Virus record (IMG/VR): IMGVR_UViG_3300035396_000186
Coordinates: 1-64,000 of that record
DNA from: a virus
Taxonomy: Duplodnaviria > Caudoviricetes
DNA length: 64,000 nucleotides
Direction: 5' to 3' (one strand)
Positions 58,796-64,000 of this stretch are shown here, one piece after another. Position numbers and translations under genes: made by a program. The notes below the pieces were generated by a model. That model had not been told where the DNA came from. It made no database searches and saw nothing but the letters and a program-made list of their open reading frames with translations. The stretch's first letter is position 1, and every line of letters starts with the position of its first letter.

Positions 58796-59087
58796 ACATA
58801 TATTCTATATATCTAACAGTCTCAGGATCAGTTACCTTTTTATTAGCAACTAGATCGACTAATACTTCTTCTAATTTCCGAACTCTCTTTTCCATTTTAA
58901 CTAATTCTACTTCTAGATACTCGTGAGGACTAATTGCTTTATAACATTTATCATGAAAACAAACATGACATAAAAATAATTGTAGACCTTTATACTTTTC
59001 ACCAAGAACGTAATTCTTACCACAGATATTACATTGTTTAATGATCGGTTCTTCAAAAAAGTCCTTAATCCTTTTACTTATCGCCAT
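58773..59087 (-). CDS. Zinc-finger plus coiled-coil protein
   Basis: CNIC...CHVC. Confidence 0.55.
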   Translation of the reverse strand: MAISKRIKDFFEEPIIKQCNICGKNYVLGEKYKGLQLFLCHVCFHDKCYKAISPHEYLEVELVKMEKRVRKLEEVLVDLVANKKVTDPETVRYIEYMYDRAGDI

Positions 59088-59310
59088 GACGTTTTAACCT
59101 CATCCTCATCTTAGCAGCCTCTTTAACACAGTCTGGACATTTATGACCTACCCATTGCTTTCCGTTCTCGTCTATCCATCGTTTGTTTTTAGAAGGGAAC
59201 TTACCTTTCAATAGTCGGGTCTTCTTATTGCCACAAACTTTACATACAACTATAGATGATTCTACTATGGTTTCATTTTGTTTGCAAGAATCTTTCATAA
59301 AATCTACCAC
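59074..59310 (-). CDS. Zinc-finger protein
   Basis: CKVC...CPDC, basic tail. Confidence 0.6.
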   Translation of the reverse strand: MVDFMKDSCKQNETIVESSIVVCKVCGNKKTRLLKGKFPSKNKRWIDENGKQWVGHKCPDCVKEAAKMRMRLKRHGDK

Positions 59311-59498
59311 TCACTATCATCTTTATGAGATCGCTCTATATACTGAATCTCATTTTCATACCAGATATTATTATCATACAACTTATTAGTTTTAGAAGAT
59401 GCAAATATACTCTTCATAAAATTAAACAGTCCTAGTTTATTCTTACCTACAGGTATATTAACAAGTCCCTTATCTTCGTTTAAAATTTTATCTTCCAT
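59304..59498 (-). CDS. Hypothetical protein
   Basis: 64 aa, coupled. Confidence 0.45.
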   Translation of the reverse strand: MEDKILNEDKGLVNIPVGKNKLGLFNFMKSIFASSKTNKLYDNNIWYENEIQYIERSHKDDSEW

Positions 59499-59499
59499 A

Positions 59500-59688
59500 C
59501 TACCCTTCGATTCTTACGAATCTGATTTTACTTTCATTAAGATACTTAGTTAGTATTAAATCTTTATCTTGATCGACATAGATACTAAGACTAACTTCGT
59601 ACATTCGTATATCAAATCTCCAATTTAAAAGAGTCATAAGTTCAAATAATCTTTTATGATCAATTTTGGGAATAAGAAATTCGATCAT
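59500..59688 (-). CDS. Hypothetical protein
   Basis: 62 aa, GAGGA SD. Confidence 0.55.
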   Translation of the reverse strand: MIEFLIPKIDHKRLFELMTLLNWRFDIRMYEVSLSIYVDQDKDLILTKYLNESKIRFVRIEG

Positions 59689-59690
59689 GT

Positions 59691-59903
59691 CTAATCCTCA
59701 AAATCATCTATACTATCTTGGTCTTCATCATCTTTATCTAGGATTTGAATACTGTTAACGCAATCAGGATGAAACCCAACGCCTAATAGGAACTCCTGGA
59801 ATCTCTTAACTACATCATCCATAAAGTCAGCTTTGAATGTCATCTTCATAACTCTTCCACTGTACTTGTCGACATATATTAATTTATAGTAACTCTTGTC
59901 CAT
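59691..59903 (-). CDS. Hypothetical protein
   Basis: 70 aa, FQEFLLGVGFHP, AGGAG SD. Confidence 0.6.
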   Translation of the reverse strand: MDKSYYKLIYVDKYSGRVMKMTFKADFMDDVVKRFQEFLLGVGFHPDCVNSIQILDKDDEDQDSIDDFED

Positions 59904-59911
59904 AAGTACTC

Positions 59912-60589
59912 CTATTCAACCTTATCGATTAAACCTAGTTTAAGTGCATCATTAGCTTTTAATACTGTATCAACTTTAAGAAGACCACGTATGATATCTT
60001 TCTTATCTTTAGCTTTCATTCTACAAGTATAAATCTTTTCCATTGTCTTCATAACTCGTATATCATCTTTAACCCAGTTATAGTTAGATTCGGAAGTTCC
60101 CTGTAACCATCTGTAGATACCATGAATCATCATCGTACAATTCTGTGACATAATCCGTATATCACCAGCTTGCATGATTAGAGATGCTCCTGACATTACT
60201 GCACCATATGCCTTAATAATAATCGGACATGGACATTCTCTCAATAAATCATATATAGCCAAAGATGAATACACATCTCCACCAAAATTGTTTATGATTA
60301 TGAAGATAGGTGCTTTTCTGTTTACGTATACTAGATAGTTAACTCTACTAGCAAACTCTCCGAATGTTTCTTGAGATATCTGCTCACTGGAAGAAAATAT
60401 AATCATTCTGGTCGCTATGAAAAAATCGTCACCAAATGGAACGAGTTCATGCGCTTCAGCTTTTGCTTCAATATTTTTACATTCTTCCTTTTTGTTATCC
60501 TCGGTGGATGGCGTTTGACTTTTCTGCTGACTATGCTTCTCATGTTTTTTATCTCCCTTAATTTTTCCAAATCCCATTTTGAACCCCAA
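59912..60589 (-). CDS. clpP: ClpP-like serine protease
   Basis: INNFGGDVY...IYD, GAVMSGASLI (Ser), MMIHG (His), A.DALKLGLIDKV. Confidence 0.85.
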   Translation of the reverse strand: MGFKMGFGKIKGDKKHEKHSQQKSQTPSTEDNKKEECKNIEAKAEAHELVPFGDDFFIATRMIIFSSSEQISQETFGEFASRVNYLVYVNRKAPIFIIINNFGGDVYSSLAIYDLLRECPCPIIIKAYGAVMSGASLIMQAGDIRIMSQNCTMMIHGIYRWLQGTSESNYNWVKDDIRVMKTMEKIYTCRMKAKDKKDIIRGLLKVDTVLKANDALKLGLIDKVE

Positions 60590-60853
60590 CTTCCAAATTG
60601 TTTCTATTAGTTTCTACGATATAAGTTGTTAAGTTTCTATAGTGTATAATAACTAGATTACCATCATAATAACAAAAAAATGATACAATGACGAATATCT
60701 CTTTACAATGGTAATTTTTATAAGTTTACTACAAAACTAGCTATAAATCTCTGTGTAATGTGAATCATATTTCATCGTGTTAACTATATGAAATTAGAAT
60801 CTAAATAAACCATTATAGAAAAACCCTCTATAAGGTACTTATATATGTACATA

Positions 60854-60924
60854 TAGATGTACTTCTATATACAATAGATGTACATCTATTCGTATTAGAT
60901 GTACTACTATTACGAGTAGATGTA
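60854..60924. repeat. Four TAGATGTA iterons at an exact 21-bp period (candidate replication origin)
   Basis: Copies at 60854, 60875, 60896 and 60917; perfect 18-bp palindrome at 60873-60890. Confidence 0.8.
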
Positions 60925-61115
60925 TATCTATTACTATATTAGTATATTAATATGTACTAGTATAAATAGTAATACTCTAGTACGTTTTAAACGTACATAC
61001 AACAAATGAATTTTCTGTATTCTTCTCACCTAGGCGTAGGATGCGCCTCTCTACCTGTACATATTACCGTACACCAGAGCGTACACTACGACCTCACGAT
61101 GTACTTTCTCCAACG

Positions 61116-61679
61116 TTAAGATCGTAGTTTTACTTTGACGTAGTCTCGTTCTTTCAGAAAGTACTCTTTAGTTTCTCTATTGTTCGCATATACTATCCAC
61201 GGATACTCACCACTATAATAATCAACAATGAAACTCTTTGCATCGGCAATTTGACCAAACACTCCTACGACATATTTGTTCTGTCTATTTGCACCGACTA
61301 AATAAACAAATACTAGAACCTTACGTCCTACGTCTAATATTCTCATCTTCGGTGTCAAATTTATGCTTCGCTGTTCAGATAGTATTTTATATTCTTTTTG
61401 TTTATACTGATCTATTACATAACGATATTGAACTAATCTTGAAAGTCTATCTGATACAGAAGTAAATAATACTAATTTAATATCTTCTAGTTTAATATTG
61501 AAATCGTTGATACTAAACTCACATGCCTCTATTTCGCACAGAATACGCCCTAGAATCAATTTAGTTTGATTACTGTGTAGAATGTACACCCTATTAGGAT
61601 TAGTCAATTCTAGGGCTATTACAGAAGCTGTGGGAAGGCTCTTAATTTGTAACAGGATATCGGAATAGTCAGTATTCAT
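61116..61679 (-). CDS. Hypothetical protein, first gene on the late strand
   Basis: 187 aa, GGAG SD, TTGATT-17-TAATAT promoter-like site near 61770-61798. Confidence 0.6.
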   Translation of the reverse strand: MNTDYSDILLQIKSLPTASVIALELTNPNRVYILHSNQTKLILGRILCEIEACEFSINDFNIKLEDIKLVLFTSVSDRLSRLVQYRYVIDQYKQKEYKILSEQRSINLTPKMRILDVGRKVLVFVYLVGANRQNKYVVGVFGQIADAKSFIVDYYSGEYPWIVYANNRETKEYFLKERDYVKVKLRS

Positions 61680-61877
61680 GTTTCTATACTCCGTAGGTTA
61701 TCACAATTTGCTATAACCTCAATACTATAAATAGAAATACTTTAAGTTTCTATAAGAAGTTGTTACTTAATATTACAATATAAGATCGGGAAAATCAAGC
61801 GTATGTATGTAACCGAATTTGTTAGGAAGTAAAATTATGTTTCTATAGTTAGAATTTACTAAAAATTGTGCTAGCTA

Positions 61878-62035
61878 AGCCTACACCACACCAACCACCA
61901 AGCCTACCCTACCCCCCCTACCTACGTCCTGCCATCCCCATGCCATAGACCTAGCCTCAACCCATAGCCTATACCCTAGCCCATGCCTCATCATGCTGAT
62001 ACTACAGGCATACCCATAGACTATACCCTAAGCAT
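61878..62035. repeat. C-rich strand-skewed short-repeat tract
   Basis: CC(C/T)A-rich top strand; 17/19 direct repeat at 61961-61979 and 62013-62031. Confidence 0.7.
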
Positions 62036-62120
62036 ATACTATTTAGATTATAATACTATAAGCTATTATTGTTTATAGATATACTAAACGTTTTATATAC
62101 TAGACTATATGTTATTGCTA

Positions 62121-62184
62121 ATTGCATAATGCAATATTCTTGCATGAAGGAATTGCAGATTGCAAGATAATTGCACCGTGCAAT
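62121..62184. promoter_or_regulatory. Three palindromic TTGCA-N3-TGCAA operator-like sites
   Basis: TTGCA starts at 62122, 62153 and 62171, plus a half-site at 62140. Confidence 0.65.
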
Positions 62185-62376
62185 AGTGGATTTGAGGTGA
62201 GGGATAAGTGTTGTTGACCACATCTTTATCCATTCTTTTTATTTATATCCTATTTAGTCTTATCCCATTTGGGATCAGTATATTTTATTTATATATTGAT
62301 TGTTATATAAACGTATTATACGACACTAAACTTGTTATAACTTGTATTCCTGCTCAACATATTGTACACTGTCAGT

Positions 62377-62901
62377 ATGATTATATTCCTACTATCTCTA
62401 CTAATTTCGTTTAGCTACTCCGCAGATCAACTTGAGTTATCATATTCGTTTCTAAGTTATCATGTTCCTAATAACCCCACAGACTCACACAAGTACTCCA
62501 ACAAGCTCGGCAATGGTCAAGCCATAACTAATCCACTCTTAGGACTAAGACGTACCAGAACTAGTAAGAACGGCTCATATGAGGCGTTAACTGTGTTCTC
62601 TGGTTCTAACAGCGTTGGTACTAATATGTCAGGACTTGTATACTCTACAGGTGAGTTCATCGATTCTAACTGGTACATTGGTTTTGTAGTTGGTGGCTAT
62701 ACTCAATCTCGTAGTGAGTTCAGACACAGAGGTATTGAGACTATGGGAGTTGGGATCACTCACGATCAAGAGATTCAACCCATTGTTGGGGCAGAAGTAG
62801 GCTACAAGTATGATATCAATTCTAAGTGGTTTATTAGACAGAACAATGTTATAACCCCATTTATAACTAATCATAGTCTGTCCATAGGGTTCTCGTTCTG
62901 A
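62377..62901 (+). CDS. Small outer-membrane beta-barrel protein
   Basis: Signal peptide, alternating amphipathic strands, terminal LSIGFSF BAM-type signal. Confidence 0.7.
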   Translation: MIIFLLSLLISFSYSADQLELSYSFLSYHVPNNPTDSHKYSNKLGNGQAITNPLLGLRRTRTSKNGSYEALTVFSGSNSVGTNMSGLVYSTGEFIDSNWYIGFVVGGYTQSRSEFRHRGIETMGVGITHDQEIQPIVGAEVGYKYDINSKWFIRQNNVITPFITNHSLSIGFSF

Positions 62902-63004
62902 TTGACTAGAGCTGCGCAGTTTGTCACTGATTTAGTATCTCTTTGCTACCAGTTTAGTGTCAATCTGATACCGATGTAGTCAGTATGATACCATCTAGTT
63001 TTTA

Positions 63005-63200
63005 TTGAACATCCCTGTTATTAAGTACATCCCATTTTCCTAGAGTTGGCATTAAGCTTGCAATGTATATTGTTAAGCAGGACGAAGCGAGCAGCTTCAT
63101 GGAGAGTCGAAGGCGAGCTAGTAGAAGCTCAACGTCTTTAACTCTAAGTTCTAACCGGATAGCTCAAGGGTAACGCTATAGGGGATAACATCCCTACAAT
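63005..63200 (+). ncRNA. Candidate structured RNA upstream of the ribozyme
   Basis: Non-coding, GC-enriched, several nested complementary stems (see findings). Confidence 0.5.
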
Positions 63201-63210
63201 CAATCATAAC

Positions 63211-63282
63211 AAGACGAAATAAGGCGAGTACGTTTAAACGTAGTTGCCTTATAGTACGTTGATAACGTACCTGAAGAGTCTT
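63211..63282 (+). ncRNA. Hammerhead ribozyme, type II
   Basis: AAGAC-GAAA-stem III-TA-stem I (GTACGTT/AACGTAC)-CTGAAGA-GTCTT; all core nucleotides and the G10.1-C11.1 pair present; predicted cleavage after 63253. Confidence 0.9.
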
Positions 63283-63300
63283 AATAACAAGGGAGTATAT

Positions 63301-63378
63301 ATGACATTTGAAATATTCTTTTACACAACTGCAATCCTATTAGTATTCAAGTCTATCATAATAACAATGAGCAGATAG
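63301..63378 (+). CDS. 25-aa hydrophobic peptide
   Basis: GGGAG SD; MTFEIFFYTTAILLVFKSIIITMSR. Confidence 0.55.
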   Translation: MTFEIFFYTTAILLVFKSIIITMSR

Positions 63379-63398
63379 TTTATAACTAAGAGGTATTT

Positions 63399-63584
63399 AT
63401 GTGGTATTGCACAGAACATTTCAATTTAAGAGTGAGACAACGTGGGTTCTGCAAACAAGATATACTTAGTACTCTTAGACATGGATACAAGGTTTTTATA
63501 GCCGATAGTGTCCATGTATGCTACAATGGAATCACTATTGTAGTTGATGGCAACAAACTAATAACTATTTATAGAGGTAATTAA
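63399..63584 (+). CDS. DUF4258-like small protein
   Basis: TEHFNLRVRQRG....I...L..G...IVVDGNKLITIY; GAGG SD. Confidence 0.6.
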   Translation: MWYCTEHFNLRVRQRGFCKQDILSTLRHGYKVFIADSVHVCYNGITIVVDGNKLITIYRGN

Positions 63585-63603
63585 TTTAACAATAGGAGTA
63601 TGT

Positions 63604-63864
63604 ATGAAGACATTTATAGGCAAAGTATTATGGTTCGAAAAACTAAGTGGTGAGGGTCTTGTAGTTGATTCCAATGGTATTGACTATAGGATACATTTCA
63701 CAGCTTGGGAGCCGACAAGAGGTATCTTGAATGAAACTAGGAATCATTCGTTTCCGTCGGATGGTATGTCAGATCTGTTTCCTATTAAGGGTCAGTCGAT
63801 CGAATGTTCTCTATATGAATCATCGTACGCTGATCTAATTGACAGAGCATGGCCCATAAAATAG
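63604..63864 (+). CDS. Cold-shock domain (OB-fold) protein
   Basis: GKVLWFEKLSGEGLV (RNP1-like) and DYRIHFTAW (RNP2-like). Confidence 0.75.
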   Translation: MKTFIGKVLWFEKLSGEGLVVDSNGIDYRIHFTAWEPTRGILNETRNHSFPSDGMSDLFPIKGQSIECSLYESSYADLIDRAWPIK

Positions 63865-63873
63865 AGGTGTATT

Positions 63874-64000
63874 ATGGATGCATGGGATAAATACGATGAT
63901 TATAAATTAGATACTCCATCGAGCTACGATGCAACTACATTCGAATGCGATCGCTGCAATGCGCAGTGTAGCATTGACGACTTGAATGAATCAAGTTGCG
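63874..64000 (+). CDS. Partial zinc-finger-like protein (3'-truncated)
   Basis: GAGG SD; MDAWDKYDDYKL...FECDRCNA runs off the window. Confidence 0.55.
   Translation, partial: MDAWDKYDDYKLDTPSSYDATTFECDRCNAQCSIDDLNESSC

Noticed and set aside
60835-60930. CRISPR array
   Set aside because: Repeats are 8 bp with 13-bp gaps; there are no 25-45-nt repeat/spacer units and no cas genes
62121-62184. Sigma54 promoter (TTGCA -12 boxes)
   Set aside because: No TGGCAC -24 element at the required spacing; palindromic symmetry fits operators better
62208-62414. 68-aa plus-strand ORF before the barrel gene
   Set aside because: GTG start, low-complexity I/Y/L composition from AT-rich intergenic DNA, overlaps the next gene; not supported as coding
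1745-62874. Many opposite-strand ORFs in the track (e.g. 1745-1960, 18137-18463, 29239-29661, 43601-44005, 50031-50456, 62629-62874)
   Set aside because: They are shadows of well-supported genes on the other strand, with no SD and low-complexity antisense composition
63110-63135. c-di-GMP-II riboswitch (GAGCTAGTAG resembles part of the consensus)
   Set aside because: The following TGCAACC and the pseudoknot partner GGGCAC are absent
63135-63180. Twister ribozyme (TAACTCT start)
   Set aside because: No GGUxxxAAGCCC or GAGGG-type conserved segments follow
63070-63220. Group I intron-like Q/R elements (AAGCAGG, GCTCAACG)
   Set aside because: The canonical GACUA/UAGUC P7 and the S element are missing, and there are no flanking exons
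1-64000. tRNA, tmRNA or rRNA genes, integrase, phage RNA polymerase, stop-codon recoding
   Set aside because: No cloverleaf/T-loop signatures or recognisable motifs seen; long ORFs are intact under code 11 and use all three stop codons

Overview
The window is a large, AT-rich part of a tailed dsDNA phage genome with podovirus-type organisation, probably lytic; I see no integrase, repressor, phage RNA polymerase, tRNA or CRISPR array. Plus-strand early/replication genes occupy 1-16.4 kb and 62.3-64 kb: primase-helicase, family B DNA polymerase, dNMP kinase, phosphoesterase, endonucleases and small envelope proteins. A minus-strand late module (16.2-61.7 kb) carries ClpP-like protease, M15 endolysin, TerL, portal, scaffold, major capsid, fibres, tail adaptor and nozzle, ejection proteins and holin. 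Outer-membrane barrel and lipoprotein genes imply a Gram-negative host. Most notable observations: (1) a complete type II hammerhead ribozyme at 63211-63282, downstream of a ~200-nt structured RNA and upstream of a peptide/DUF4258-like/cold-shock gene cluster; (2) a PolB gene split between motifs B and C by a free-standing homing endonuclease whose own last codons supply the SD of the second subunit; (3) an orphan single-box motif TAACAACT upstream of most late transcription units; (4) four 21-bp-phased iterons in a GTAC cluster (candidate origin), next to a C-rich repeat tract and triple palindromic operators at the early/late divergence; (5) independently promoted cassettes carrying a stand-alone CheY-like receiver plus radical SAM enzyme, an RMD1/DUF155 plus RHH-like pair, and a counter-oriented island. 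All protein family calls come from motifs recognised by eye, not from database searches.
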